DNA of 49,227 nt from Welwitschia mirabilis (lineage: Eukaryota): positions 27,937,854 to 27,987,080 of the forward strand of contig JBOZIK010000001.1 of assembly GCA_051453625.1 (NCBI GenBank), written 5' to 3'. The notes beneath the pieces are model-generated. The model was not told the DNA's origin. It was given only the letters and a program-made list of their open reading frames with translations, and made no database searches. The position numbers were made by a program, and so were the translations under genes. This document shows positions 1 to 13,746 of the stretch, piece by piece. Numbering within the stretch: the stretch's first letter is position 1; every line of letters starts with the position of its first letter.

Positions 1-924
1 CATGGAATAATCTAAAAATTTATAAAGTTCCACTAGAATAGGCAATAATTATGATTATGTCGAGTATGATAATGTTATCAAACAATGAATGATAAGATAA
101 AAAGTTGTTTTAAAATAGGAACTTACAAGCTACCATATCAAAACAGCACTAGAATCCAAAAAAGTAGAGTGATCATATGGAAATACTAGAAATAAATAAA
201 GAAAAATGAGTTTAGAAAATAAGAAATACTTATGATAACACCTGGGATACCACTGATCTCATAGCCTTGAAATGCAATTTATTTTTCCATGACGAGGGGA
301 GTGTAACAACTATCAGAGGAATAAGTACCGACACAATATGACTTACTGACCCCTTAATGGAGTTTTCACAGCTATTATAACACATTGCCAAAAGCCCCTC
401 TCTAGAATATTTACCCCAATACACTTTGTTAGAACATTATGATTACCATGTGTTGGAGGTATAACGTGAAGAAACATGGTCTACTTTTCTTTTTTCTCTC
501 TCTCTCTCTCTCTTTTTTTTTTTAGTATTATTCCACATAACCAAGTACTTGTAAGGATAAAAGTAAAGAAATAAGATGAGTAACAAAGTAAGAACATCTA
601 AAAATAGCTAATTTGCTTATAGCATTAGAAGAAAACAAAAGAACCAAGGCATCTTCCTTTTAAAATAAAGTTCATAGACATATGAACGTTTAAAAATTAT
701 ATGAAGCCAATCTTATCATTGAAAATATCCAAGTAAAATATTATTAATCATGAAAACTTTATTAGTAAATACATGTTAAGTTAAAGATATTCAAGTGATA
801 ACATGATGTTTTCCTAAGGAATGCATTAAGAAAGAATTTAAATAATGGAAAAAGAAAGGTTTTTCTCATGAAGAGGGGCTTCCAAAATAAGTGCTTCTAG
901 CATGTTCAAAGTTTCATCAAGAGA

Positions 925-2600
925 TGACTCATAAAGTTTTAACCTTTATCCATTAACCTTTTAAATTTCTCTATTATTTAGATTAGAGATTTCAATTGAT
1001 CCATTTGAGTATACTTTTTTTACAAGATAAGGACTGAACCATTTAGAAGTTAACTTGTTGTGCAAAAGATGTATGTAGGTGTTATACAAAAGGATAAGTT
1101 GACTAGGTTCAAAATATCTATAAATAATCTTTTTATCATGTTTAAACTTCACTTGAGTTTTATGAATGAGTTGATAATGTAAAGCATGAATACACTTTTC
1201 ATCTAAATGATTTTAAGATTATCATTAAAGTCTACAAGGTTAAGTTAATGGATGTATCAATAAGAATTATAGCAAACATCAATGGGTAATACACGCACTT
1301 TGTCATACACAAGTTCATAGGGTGTGAAACCTAGAGTTACACCAAGTAGTACAGTAAGCCCAAAGAACATCATTAAGTTTAGAGGACCAAGTTTTCTTAT
1401 TGATAGAAAATAATTTTTAAAGCATTTTTTTAATTTCTCTATTTTCATTTTTAGCTTANNNNNNNNNNNNNNNNNNNNNNNNNNNNNNNNNNNNNNNNNN
1501 NNNNNNNNNNNNNNNNNNNNNNNNNNNNNNNNNNNNNNNNNNNNNNNNNNNNNNNNNNNNNNNNNNNNNNNNNNNNNNNNNNNNNNNNNNNNNNNNNNNN
1601 NNNNNNNNNNNNNNNNNNNNNNNNNNNNNNNNNNNNNNNNNNNNNNNNNNNNNNNNNNNNNNNNNNNNNNNNNNNNNNNNNNNNNNNNNNNNNNNNNNNN
1701 NNNNNNNNNNNNNNNNNNNNNNNNNNNNNNNNNNNNNNNNNNNNNNNNNNNNNNNNNNNNNNNNNNNNNNNNNNNNNNNNNNNNNNNNNNNNNNNNNNNN
1801 NNNNNNNNNNNNNNNNNNNNNNNNNNNNNNNNNNNNNNNNNNNNNNNNNNNNNNNNNNNNNNNNNNNNNNNNNNNNNNNNNNNNNNNNNNNNNNNNNNNN
1901 NNNNNNNNNNNNNNNNNNNNNNNNNNNATGGATAAAAAAAGTTTTCAAAAAAGTAATTAATAAAATGAGTTTTTTGATCACTAATAATAATTTGTGAAAA
2001 ACCAAATTGTTAAAAAATATGAGTTTGAATAAAGTTGGAAATAGTTCGAGCATCATTTTTGGTAGTAAAAACAAATTCAACCCACTTTGTAAAATAATCA
2101 ATAGCTATAAGTATATAATTTTTATCATGGAAAGGTGGTGTAATTGGGCCTACAAAGTTAATTCCCTAATAATCAAAAGGTTTACATTCAAGTATAGGTT
2201 TGAAGGACTTATTATGAGAACGAGTTAAGATACTATAGCATTGACATGCATCACACTTCTTAGAAAAGTTAAATGAGTTTTTGAAAAGTGTAGGCCAATA
2301 AAAACTAGAGTGAATATTTTTCATGATGGTCTTTTGGCCATTAAATTATCCTCCAAATACCCCATCATGGCAAATTTTTAAGATTTTTAAAGTTTTCCGC
2401 TCAGGTACACACTTACACATAATTTGATCTTTGCAACATCTGTAAAGATGTGGTTCATTCCACTTATAGTTATCGATCCTATTAAAAAAAGTTTTACATT
2501 GGTTATGATTCCAATGCTGAGGATTTTTCATAGTCACAAGGTAATTCATAATGTCAGCATACCAAGGAGTGAGATGAGAGAATGGAATGACATAAATTTG
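925..2600 (-). pseudogene. Integrase of element A (HHCC, core, GPY/F-type C-terminus), interrupted by a gap at 1459-1927
   Basis: PWYADIMNYL..., CHDGVFGG*FNGQKT...FYWPTLFK...CDACQ (HHCC), FDY*GINFVGP...YILIAIDYFTKWVE...FGFSQIIISDQKTHF, and KLTSKWFSPYLV...GSIEI...KVNG*RLK. Stop codons are present. Confidence 0.92.
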
Positions 2601-2669
2601 TTTAATCACAAAGAGTTATTCATCAAGAAAAGATTCATTAATGGGAGTTTCATCATGAGAGCAAAAAAG

Positions 2670-3050
2670 TAGAAATAGATGATCAACAATACTATTATGT
2701 TTTTTAGCCTTATCAATAATGGTAAGATTAAATTCTCATATTAGAATGATCTATATAATAATTTTACATTAGAGTCTTTTTTAATCATGAAATAGCAGAT
2801 GACTACATGATCTATGAAGACATTGATGTGAAAACCAAGAATATAATGTTGAAGATGATTTAAGCAAAAGATAATATCAAGTATTTCTCTCTTTGTAGTA
2901 GTGTAGTTAGATTGGAATTTAGACAAAGTTTTACTAAGATAAGACATGAATTTGAAACCATTTTCATATTTTTGGCCAAGAACCCCTCCTACAATAATGT
3001 TACTTGCATTACACATAAGCTCAAAGTTTTTACTCCAATCAAGACCCATG
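2670..3050 (-). pseudogene. Ty3/gypsy RNase H of element A
   Basis: ORF 2741-3049: DWSKNFELMCNASNIIVGGVLGQK...SKTLSKFQSNYTTTKREIL, which matches the canonical FELMCDASD...GAVLGQ...NYTTTEKELL. Confidence 0.92.
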
Positions 3051-3710
3051 AAAATAGGTTCAAAAGAAATGTTTTCATTGAGGGTTTTAAATACAAGTTG
3101 ACATGAATCATTCTAATTGAACTTAACATCTTTTTCAAGTAAGGAGTGGATAGGTTTATAAATTCTAGCATAATCATGAATGAATCATCAATAAAAACTA
3201 GCATGTCCAAGAAAAGATCTAACTTGTTTAACATTAGCTAGAGGACTAAGATTTTTAATGATATAAACTTTGGTGGAGTCCATTCTAATCCCTTCTTTTG
3301 AAATGTAATGACCTAAAACAATTTCATGTTAGATAAGGAGAAAACTCTTTTTCCAACTTAAATGTAAACCACTCTCAATACATCAATCTAAGACTTTCTC
3401 TAATCTCACTATAGTTTATTCAAAAGTATCACCAAAGATGGAGAAGTCATTCATACAAATTTTAATAGAATATTTTATCATATGAGAAATGATCCTTATC
3501 ATGGCTTGTTAAAAGGTTCCAAGGGCATTATAAAGTCCAAAGGTCATTTGTTTCAAACCAAATATTTCAAAGAAAGAAGTAAAAGTGGTTTTAGCTTGAT
3601 CTTTAATTATTATACAAATTTGATTATAGTCACTATACCCATTAAGGAAACAATAGTAGGAATACCCTTGGATTCTAATAAGTACTTGATCAACAAAGGA
3701 TAAAGAACAA
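3051..3710 (-). pseudogene. Reverse transcriptase of element A, C-terminal part
   Basis: CSLSFVDQVL...YYCFLNGYSDYNQI...DQAKTTFT...MTFGLYNALGTF*QAM...ICMNDFSIFGDTF. The last motif corresponds to VFMDDFSVFG, with the first catalytic D read as N. Confidence 0.93.
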
Positions 3711-5178
3711 TGTTGTAATGCCCATTTGTAGGAATTTGAAGGTGTATTTAGAGTACTTTTACAGGACGTTTATACAAGTTTAGATTCAATTTTGCTAATT
3801 AGGGAGAGACGATAAGATGATCATGAAAACATGTAATTCTTGGCATAATCAAAGGCATTTCAAGCATGTTCTAATACTTAGCATATGAAAGGAAGACTAC
3901 TGATAAAAAAGGATGATTTACTCTACTTAAGAAGCTTGGGAGAGGTATCATCCCCACTGTCATTCCCATGACATAGGAAATGATAGCACTACTACTTATC
4001 ACTATATCAACATAGCTTAAATAGATGGGAGAATGGAGCATAGACTAGACTAGACTAGAACATGAGGTGTCATCCCTTATGTTGTTCATACAACATACAG
4101 GACAACAAATTATGACATGGATAGAAGCATATGCTGTAGGACTGACAGTGGGGTAGACATATCACACATGGTGATATCCCCTTTGTCATCACCAAAATAG
4201 TTAGAACAATGACCTTATTCACATGGACAAAAGCTACGAGGCTGACAATAGGGAATGAAGACATGTGGCACATGGTGACATCCCTTATGTCATCCCAATG
4301 ATAGGTGGGATGATAGCTCTTTTTTTATGTTTAGGAAGAAATATCTTATAAATGGGGTCAAGTGATCCATGTGGGATACTAGGGTTTTCTCTCTGATGTC
4401 TAAGATTATGGTTCTATAAATTTCAATGTAAAATTATAAATACCCACTTTATCCTCACTTCCAAATCATCTTTTATACCCGATACTTATGATGAAGGATT
4501 AAATAGTAAGAGGTCCATCTAGAGCTACAGAAAATAATCTCTTTGGTGTTAGGCTGAATATCTTTCATTAAGGTGCTATTATTCTATTTATAAGTGGATG
4601 TTATATTCTAAATACTCTTTGAATTAATACAATTTCTCTTTTCATTCCAATTGTTTGAATGTCCCTTGTGGTTTAAGTTGGTCATAGTTAAGTAATAGTT
4701 TTATGATTTATTTAGATCATAAGATCAATCTTTTTTAAGGTTGACCGTGGTTAGTGGTAGATTTACTTTTTCATTCCATTTTCATATTTCATTCTTATCT
4801 TACTTAGATAGATCTCATAGTTTATATTGATTAAAAACTAGTTGGATGCTATTTTTAATTGATATAAGTTATAGAGAAAATAGTCTTTGGGACAGGAGGA
4901 CTAAGATCTAAGTAGAACCCATTTTTATTTAAATTCATTTTATTCCATATCTATTCATCTTGCATTACTTTTGCATTGTTATTTACTTTTAGTTATTAAA
5001 AGATAAAAGATTAAAAATACCTTTGGAAATTAGTTCTCTAACTCTAAGCCTAGTGCCTTCATTAGGATTATGACATTCAGGTGAACTTCCATCTATACTA
5101 GCATGTATTTTCTGTAATTTATTTGATTTACAGGTTTACTTAAAGGACTTTAGGATTGCATAAATTCACACTACAATA
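3711..5178 (+). repeat. 5' LTR of element B (~1.47 kb)
   Basis: Begins TGTTGTAATG and ends CTACAATA (decayed CA). It is colinear with 18572-20031, has TATAAATACC at about 4435, and is followed by a PBS. Confidence 0.9.
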
Positions 5179-5181
5179 TTT

Positions 5182-5199
5182 TGACACCATTACTAGGGA
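5182..5199 (+). promoter_or_regulatory. Primer-binding site (tRNA-Asp type) of B
   Basis: TGACACCATTACTAGGGA versus the Athila consensus TGGCGCCGTTGCCGGGGA; all differences are C>T or G>A. Confidence 0.8.
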
Positions 5200-5735
5200 A
5201 GGCTATAAGGTGGTAAGAGAATTGTCATTAACTAGATAAGCACCTTGAATCTGTTATTCAAGTTATTGATTTAATTTAATGTTGTATTTCTAGTGTAGTT
5301 TAAAGTAGATTCATTTCTACATGATTTTATTTTTCACAATTTTTCTTAAGAATCCTATCATTTTCTCTATTGTCTTGATGACATAGGGTATGATAATTTA
5401 AAATTTCAAAATTAGTTTCTATTTTTTGCAATTTTTTTAATTTTTCATCATAATAAAATATTGTTGTGTCTATCATTCCCATGATCAGAAGGATGATAGT
5501 CCTATATTTTTTTACATTTTTGATATTTTCTTTTTTGCAAATTAAATAAATAGTCGCTCTTCCTGTTATTTCCAAAATAGTCAAGATGATAGTATAGTTT
5601 CTTTCTATTAAATTTTTGTAGTTTTAGATTTTTGTTACTATGATCATCGTCCTTTCTGTGGTCCCCACGATTAGGTAGATGATGGTCTGTTGTTTTTTAT
5701 TTTGATATTTTATTAGTGTTTAAACATGCAAGGAC

Positions 5736-6254
5736 ATGGTGAATTCTAGTAAGAAGAGAAAATATCAAAGAGAATTAAACCTAATTAAAGAAAATATCAG
5801 AGAAGGATTATTTGATTTTGAGCTAAATATAGATATTCACACCCCAGGTATGCAAATTCCTAGAATTAAAGAAGAAGATTTTTCTACTTTTATTATTTCA
5901 AAATCAGACTTACAAAAGAAAATTGTAGTGTAGAAGTACATCATATCCTTTCTTCAAATATCTCCAATATATCAAAAGCATCACAAAAATAAAAATACAT
6001 TTCTTCATCTAATACTTCAATCATAGTAGGAACTTCTTTCTAGAATGTGAACATTACTCTTAGGGATTTAATTACAAATAAAAAACTTGAAATTCAAGAA
6101 CCTTTTAATTTATTCCTTGGAGATGATGTAGAATTAAGAAACTTAAGTTCTTGTCCAACTTTTTTGGGGAAACCAAAGGAAGATCCTTTTCAACATTTAG
6201 CTGACATTGAACAACTTGTGCTTACCTCAAGAAATGGAAAAAAATATATTGGTG
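5736..6254 (+). pseudogene. N-terminal gag of element B, truncated by a gap
   Basis: MVNSSKKRKYQRELNL... and CPTFLGKPKEDPFQHLADIEQL (retrotransposon-gag FxG...EDPxxHL motif). Colinear with gag of A at 23050-23578 (minus strand). Confidence 0.8.
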
Positions 6255-7423
6255 NNNNNNNNNNNNNNNNNNNNNNNNNNNNNNNNNNNNNNNNNNNNNN
6301 NNNNNNNNNNNNNNNNNNNNNNNNNNNNNNNNNNNNNNNNNNNNNNNNNNNNNNTCATTCACAGCATTTCATCTCCATTTATCTTGCATTTCTTTTGCAT
6401 TGTTATTTACTTTTAAGAGTTGAAAGATAAAGACTAAAAATACTCTTAGAAATCAATTCTCTAACTCTGAGCCTAGTGCATTTATTGGGATTATGACATT
6501 CGGGTAAACTTCCATCTATACTAGTGTGTGTTTTTCTGCAAGTTATTTGATTTATAGGTTTACCTAAAGGGTTTCAGGATTGCATAAATTCATACCTCAA
6601 CATTTTGGCCCCTTTACCAGGGAAGGCTACAAGGATTTAAAGAATTATTACTAATCAAATAAGTACCTTGAATCTTCTATTTGGGTTATTTATTTGAATT
6701 AGTGCTGTATTTTTAATTTAGCTTAAAATAGATTTATTTCTGCAATTTTTATTTTCTGTAGTTTTTAAAGACCTTGTCATCCTCTATGTTGTTCTGATGA
6801 TATCGGGAACCATAGTTCTAAAATTTCAAATTTATTTTCTATTTTTGCAATTTTTCTTCTACTCATAGTTTAGTAATAAAGGTACTATCATCCACATAAT
6901 AGTCTAGACGATAGTCTCGCTTTTTTGAGTTTTAGTAATCTTTCTTTCTAAGTTTTTTAAGTTTATATTTTTTTATGTGATTGTCATCTCCCCTGTCATC
7001 CCCACGACCAGGTGGACGATGGCTTTTGCTTTTGATTTTGGTTTTCTATTTATGATCTATGCATGCAAGAACATAGTAAATTCTAGTAGAAAGATAAAAT
7101 ATTAAAGGAAGCAAAACTTGACTGAAGAAAAACATTAATGCAGGATCATTCAACTTTGAGAAAAATCTAGGTATGCATATCATAGGTATATAAGTTCCTA
7201 GATTTATTTCCCTCTTATTGAAGAATTATATTTTTCTTTATTTCTATAGTCATTTTGTTAGTTATTTTCATGATAGACAGCCATTACACATCTTTTGAGT
7301 GTTAAGAACTATCAAAAAAACACTAAAACACTCAAGAGAGGGAAACTTAATCTTTATTGTATACTTATCTACCTTACCATCTTGAATTAAAATTCTCTTA
7401 TTTTATTCTTCTCACTCGCTTTA

Positions 7424-8335
7424 ATGAACAGTAATAGAAAGATCTTTTTGGAACTTCTTTCTGAAAGAAGAAGAAACTTGCAAACTACTGAGAATAATGG
7501 TAAGAAAACACTTTGAGAAATTTTTGCTAAAAGAGGAAGACCATCACAAAATATTGTTGAAAATAGAAATTGGGATCCTTTCACTTTTCAATATGTTTAT
7601 TACTTTCCCTCTTCTTTTCAAACCTTATATAGACATGATGATGAAGATTTTCCATATTTGAGGGATTTCACCTCATTCTGATAAATGTTTTGCAATAATT
7701 TTTATCAATTCCTACCATTTTTCATGCATTACTATGAAGAAGAACCATCTCCCATGACTTACTATAAAGAAAATAATGATCCATTAAATGCAAAGATTGA
7801 TGAAATAAAGAAGAATCAAGAAAACATAAATAAGAATCTAGAAAAATTAGTTGAAACCTTGCAACAATCACTATCACATATTCAATAATATTTTAAAACA
7901 TGACATCCCCATAACTATTTTATTTCATCTTACCTTAAGTAAAATGAGAAGAACTTTAAAAAATGATGATTATTCTTACTTTCAACTTAAAAATGAAAGT
8001 ATGGATCAAACTTCAACATCCTACTCATTAGGAGATAATAAAAAGAGAAACAATAATAACACAACTAAACATTTCAACAATTGAGATGAGAATGACCATT
8101 TATTAGATGATGATATTGAAATATTAGATTATATCTTGCCATTCATTTACTATTAGACAATCAAGAGGAGAAATCCAATCCTAATAAAACTAAAAACTTT
8201 TCAATCACTAATGAAGATAATGCTCTTATTTCTCTTTGTAATATTTTTGATGAATCCAATAACCTAGAGAATGAAATCAATATTCAACATAAGAAGGGAG
8301 ATCTAGTCACAAATAATGATCACAATCATGAAGCA
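7424..8335 (+). pseudogene. Decayed ORF of unknown function, copy in C (MNSNRKIFLELLSERRR...)
   Basis: Codon-colinear with 14564-15420. Stops fall at different positions in the two copies. Confidence 0.7.
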
Positions 8336-10155
8336 NNNNNNNNNNNNNNNNNNNNNNNNNNNNNNNNNNNNNNNNNNNNNNNNNNNNNNNNNNNNNNNNN
8401 NNNNNNNNNNNNNNNNNNNNNNNNNNNNNNNNNNNCATCTTATTATTATATAAGTTCTTTCTTAGCTTATTCTTTTGGTGAATGTTATGATGTCACCTAA
8501 TCATCTTTTAAAATTGACTTATGTGTTTCTTTATAAAGTTTTTATGATTAATATTCAAACTTGGGCAATTTACAATGGTAAGAATGTATTCACCCAATCT
8601 TAAAACAATTCCATATCTATGGATTTCACTTTGAAGGAATATGCCTTAGTTCTTATGCTTTTTTCCCAATGGTGTAAGGTCTTTGATTGTTTGGGAGTGT
8701 TTTTTTGTCTTTTATCTCATTTATTTATCTTTATATTTTTTGAGTTTGTGACCATGTGTGAATTTTTCTAAAGGAAAGGAAAAAAATGATTATCATAGTC
8801 TATTATATTTTATGATAAAATAAAAATACATGGTCATCATGATGTTATAACATACTAGGGTAAATTTTTTTCAAGATGAACCTTTTGCAATCTTGGTAGT
8901 TATGAAAACCTTACTAGGAGGTCCATTAGCCATGCTTCATGAGTCTTACCTCTTTGAATGTAGCTGAACTCCCCTCATTAGGGAAAACGTTGTAATAAAC
9001 TTTGAGGCTATGGAATTAATAGTATTCCAAGTATCATCAAAGGCATTACTTATTTCCTAGACTCTTAGTATTTCCACTTGACCATTTCACTGTTAAGGAT
9101 TTGGGTGTATTTGTGGGGTGTGAATAGGTAAGTTAATTTTTGAGTAGCTTTTGATATTATCATTGATTATTCTAGGAACTTAATTTTTTTGGTATCATCA
9201 TAATCATGACCTTTTCAAGTGGGACTCTATAGTTAATACATTTTATCATGCATTATTACTTAAGTAGATTTATAACATCTTCCATAGGGATGTGGTTGAT
9301 TAGAATTTAGAATATGTAAGCAATCTTCTTAATGTTCTTTAGATCTATTTTTGTTTTGCTTTTCTTTAGTTTTTTAATTTATTATTTTAAAGTCATTTTT
9401 ACATTTTATCATCTTTATATAGGACCTTATCATTTGATAGCATTACAATTAAATATGAAATCTTTTATGCTTCATAAATTTTTTAAGATTTCTTATATCC
9501 TTTAGATTTCTACAATTTATCTTGTTTATTTTTTAGTTTAAGAACATTTATTTAGTCTTCATTACTAGGTTGTAACCTAGTTAGTATGCTTTCTTTATCC
9601 TTATTTTTTATTTGTTTCAAGTTTTCCTCATCATCTTGATTTATCACGACTCTTTATTATTTCTTGCTTTTTCAAACTTTTTAATAAATTTTGATACCTT
9701 TATAATAATATCTGAGTCTAACTTATTTGCCTAACATCTTAATTTTTAAGAATATTTCTAAAGTCTCATCATGCACCTCATCATCCAAATGACACAAGTG
9801 GATTATAGTTCTCCTAGGGTTATCATCTAGATGATGTGACTAGATGATAGTGTGATAAAACCATCGCTCAAACACTTTTTCCCCTCATATTTTCTTCATT
9901 TCTTTATTAATTTTACCCATTCCTTTAAGAGATAGTAGCCCCCTGGTCTTGCCAATGTGTTGTATCTTGTCCTTATGTTATCCACTCATAGATTCTCAAG
10001 AATTTTGAAATTTTCAAAAATGAGGTATGTTTTTCTCTTCCTCATCTTTTTCAATTTTTTCTCCCATTTCTTAGCCTTTCAACACATAGTTTTCACATAT
10101 GTTAATTAGTTTTTTGTACTCTTCAATTTGAAACTTATAAATTTGGTTTTCACCA

Positions 10156-11830
10156 TGTCTGTTAAAAGATATGATTAATTGTGTATTTTTTGAGAAAAAC
10201 TTAGGTTTTTACCTTTTACACTCAATTTCTCTCAAACTATAAGTCAAAATGTAGTGGTCCTTTAAAGTAAATTGATTAGTTTGATGTGTTCTATAATTCT
10301 ATTGGATTAGATTTTTTATTTGAGAACTATAAATTTTCACCTTCTATGTGGCTCACTTAAAAACTATTTGTTTAGTTCTTATACATTTTGAAATTTTTTT
10401 CATATGATTAGACAATATGAAATGTTTTTACACTTTTAGGGGTACTAGATGTATTTTCATAATTTTTTACATTTTTTATTAATTTTGGATGTTGTTTTAA
10501 GCATCCATGCATCACATTTAGCTATGTCCATTAGTTCTTGCATAACTTTTGCATATTTTTGATAGAGTGAACCCTGTATATGTATAAATACAAAGGTTAA
10601 AACTATGGTTGAGGCTATAGAGTAGGTGGCAAGTCCATTAGTACTATCTGAGGTAGAGTGTATGGAGCCCATGCATTTCTTGCCTCAACACAGACAATCA
10701 CTTACCATTTAGACTGCTAAGATTCATGTTAAAGAATACTTTAAAGATATTATGAGTTGAGTAGAGCATGAGGTTAATTAGAGGCTTATCATTTTATAGC
10801 TCTATTAGATTTTGAATGTGCATATGATGTATTATATTTTAGAAACTATGAAGTTTCTGACACCATGCACATGAAAAGATGCGACAATTCCCATGGTCAT
10901 CTAGTGGACATGATTATAACTTTTATACAAGACCATGAGATAGTAGTACTTCCAAATCACATTACAACTATTATAGATCTAGGTAGTATTGAAATTCTAC
11001 ATATACATTTTTCTAATGGGACAGAGGAGCATTGTAAACATGGTACAACATTGGATATTTTGGTAGAATTACTATTAGATACGCGAAGTGTTCTTGTAAT
11101 ACAATTAACTTCAACCTACACATTTTCACACCAAGGTTAATTTTACAACATGATCCCATTATTTCATGACAATCATGTCGTGGTATAACATATTTAGATA
11201 TTGGAAGCATTCTGGTAAGGCAAATAAATGGACTTGCTAACTTTCATATAGAGAAGACTTAAGTCAATAATTAAGGTAGGATAGCTACTCACTTTGGGAT
11301 ATTCATGTCTTCTCTTAGCTATGTTTTGATGATTTGAGATACCAAAGCCCATAGGCAAGAAATACCTTACCCACATTTAGACTGCAGCTCACTATTTATA
11401 CGATGTGGGTACACAGATACCAAAAATGACAAAGAGACCTCAAGTTTAGAGACCTATGGTTGGAGCATTATTAGAGTAGATATAGGTCCTCTTGGTAGAG
11501 ATCACTTAGGCCATTAAGAGTTTCATTGATAAAGATATCTTAATGCTTGATTAGAGGATATAGATACTATAATAGAGGATTAAAATAGTTAAAAAAAGAG
11601 CTCAACACTCTAAAAAGTAGTTAGTCAATGTAAGATAGTGCATCATTTCTATCGATCAGAGTGTGATAGTTGATCTCCTAGAGGTAGTACATGTAAAAGG
11701 AGATGTAATAGTTCACTCTATCTCTGTATCATTATATTTTTATTCCCCTGTAGATCTAGAGAATTCTCCTTCTTCTAATCCTACACTTAAGCCTACTATC
11801 CATTCCAAGTTCATTATGAGGTATCAAGGG
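10156..11830 (+). pseudogene. Probable decayed extra 3' ORF of C (Athila env-like/ORF1-type position)
   Basis: Less AT-rich, coding-like stretch between the 3' UTR and the PPT. Fragments include LT*KLFV*FLYILKF, LPFRLLRFMLKNTL and YLDIGSILVRQI...GRIATHFGI. The similarity is remembered, not verified. Confidence 0.35.
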
Positions 11831-12408
11831 GAGTGATTTATGTAATATTTTATATCTTTTGCTATATATATTTTATATACTTAAAACTCTTGCTTATTAT
11901 ATATACATCCTTATTTTGATTTTTAACATGGTGTACTTTTATTTTATTTTCTTGCTTATCCTTTTTTTATATTTCATGATAAGGATTTATTATGTTTTTT
12001 ATGATTGTTTTCCTTATTTACTGTACATTTCAATGGAAGGTTATCAATTATTAGTGCATTTATTGATTATCAATCTGAAAATTTTGGTCATAGGTTTTTC
12101 TTTTTTTATAAATAATTTTTTAGGCTTGTCGTTCCCCATATCATTCGAATGATGACTTGGATGATGATATGACTAGAATCTTAAATAGGTGAAACATTTA
12201 GTTTTCTATTATTAACAATTCAATATATATTTCTAAGATTTATGAAATTTTTTTTAGATGATTTTTAATACCTTAGTGGTTTCTATTATTAAATAAGTTG
12301 GTTTACAATCATAGTTAACCACTTCATTTTATTAGGAACTAACAAGGCTAAGCGGAGGCTATGCTATGCTATCAACTTGTATGTATTTGATAAGGTATTT
12401 TGAGTAGT

Positions 12409-13746
12409 TGTTTTGATGCTAACTTTTAGTAATTTAACGGTGTATTTGGAGTCCTTTTATGGGACATATATACAAGTTTGAATGTAATTCTACTAATTAT
12501 GGAGAGTCAATAAGAAGATCACAGAAACATGTAATTATGTGCATTATTAGAGGTATTTTAGGCATATTATGATACTTAGCATTTTAAAGGAATACTAATG
12601 ATGAAGAAGGCTGATTTGATTTACCTTAGAAGCCTTACAATGGTTCCATCCCCATTGTCATCTCCATGATAAAAGGGATGATAGCACTATATTTTCCTAT
12701 TCTAGTAATGATTTGGATTGGAGCTTGGAGTTAATAAAGTATCTTTTTAGGAGAGGTATCATCCCCATTATCATTTCCATGACATAAGAGATGATGATAC
12801 ATATAAATCCAACTATGGGACCAATTGTAGAGCTGGAAGAATATTAATTATTTATTTTTAAGGAAATTGTCCCTAGTGTTATCTCCATAATAGTAGATAG
12901 ACAACTTTTTATATAAGCAGGGCTAAATTATCTTGTAATGGGGTCATGCGCCTTACTTAAGCTACTAGGTTTTTCTCTCTGACTTCTAGGGTTACATTTA
13001 TATAACTTTCAATGGAAAACTATAAATACCCCCTCTTGTCCTTACTTCCAGATCATCTTTTATACCTAACATACTTGTGATGGAATACTGAAGGATAAGA
13101 GGTCCATCCAGAGCGACAAAAAGGATTTTCCTTGGTGATAGATTGAGTTTCTTCCATTGATTTTATAAGTGGATGTAATGCTCCTGAATACTCTTTTGAA
13201 TCAATACAATTATTATTTCATTTTCACTTTGTATGTCCCTTATGATTTACATTAATCATAGTTTATTATGACAACTCTATGATTTATCTAGATCATAAGG
13301 GCAACCTTTATTAATGCTAACCTTGTTTAGTATTAGATTTGCATTGTTTTTCCATTTCATTTAATATTACATTTATCATTGTGCTTGGTAGATCTCATAG
13401 TTTATGTTGATTAAGAATTAGTAAATGTTATTTTTAACTAATATAAATTATAGAGAAGATATTCCTTCTAATAGAAAGACTAAGATTTAAGTGGAATCCA
13501 TTACATTTCCATTTCATCTCCATTCACTTGCATTGAATTTACTTATTTATTTTCTTTCAGATTTTATAAGAGAAAAGATCCAAAAATATATTGAAAATCA
13601 ATGTTATAACTATAATTCTAGTGCCTTCATTAGGATTACAACATTTGGATAAACTCTCATTTATACTAGAGTGTGTTTTTTATAAGTTATTTGATTTACA
13701 AGTTTACCTAAAGGACTTCAGGATTGCATAAATTTTCACTGCAACG
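12409..13746 (+). repeat. 5' LTR of element D (~1.34 kb)
   Basis: Starts TGTTTTGATGCT and ends CACTGCAACG. Homologous to the B LTRs but a distinct variant. Followed by PBS TCGCATCACTACTGGGGA (13750-13767). Confidence 0.85.

Larger units (their letters stand above)
6355..12408 (+). mobile_element. Element C: non-autonomous Athila derivative (LTR 3' end 6355-6602, PBS 6606-6623, internal region, PPT about 12349-12359, 47-bp LTR stub 12362-12408)
   Basis: LTR end ...CCTCAACA followed by TTTTGGCCCCTTTACCAGGGA. The internal 5' part is colinear with D. The pre-LTR motif is TTAGGAACTAACAAGGCTAAGCGGAGGCTA|TG. No pol domains are seen, although there is a gap at 8336-8435. Confidence 0.75.

Noticed and set aside
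495..523. (CT)n and poly-T microsatellite
   Set aside because: Ordinary slippage in the 3' UTR of A.
10856..11190. Possible 325-bp minus-strand LTR (TGTTATACC...ATGTGCA) followed by a Met-like PBS TGGTGTCAGA
   Set aside because: No TSD, partner LTR or internal domain, and the plus-strand coding-like frames appear to run through both boundaries.
11859..12152. 97-aa F/I/L/Y-rich ORF, and similar ones at 15561-16139 and 48692-49026
   Set aside because: These are expected by chance in T-rich UTR DNA, or span N runs, and show no recognisable motif.
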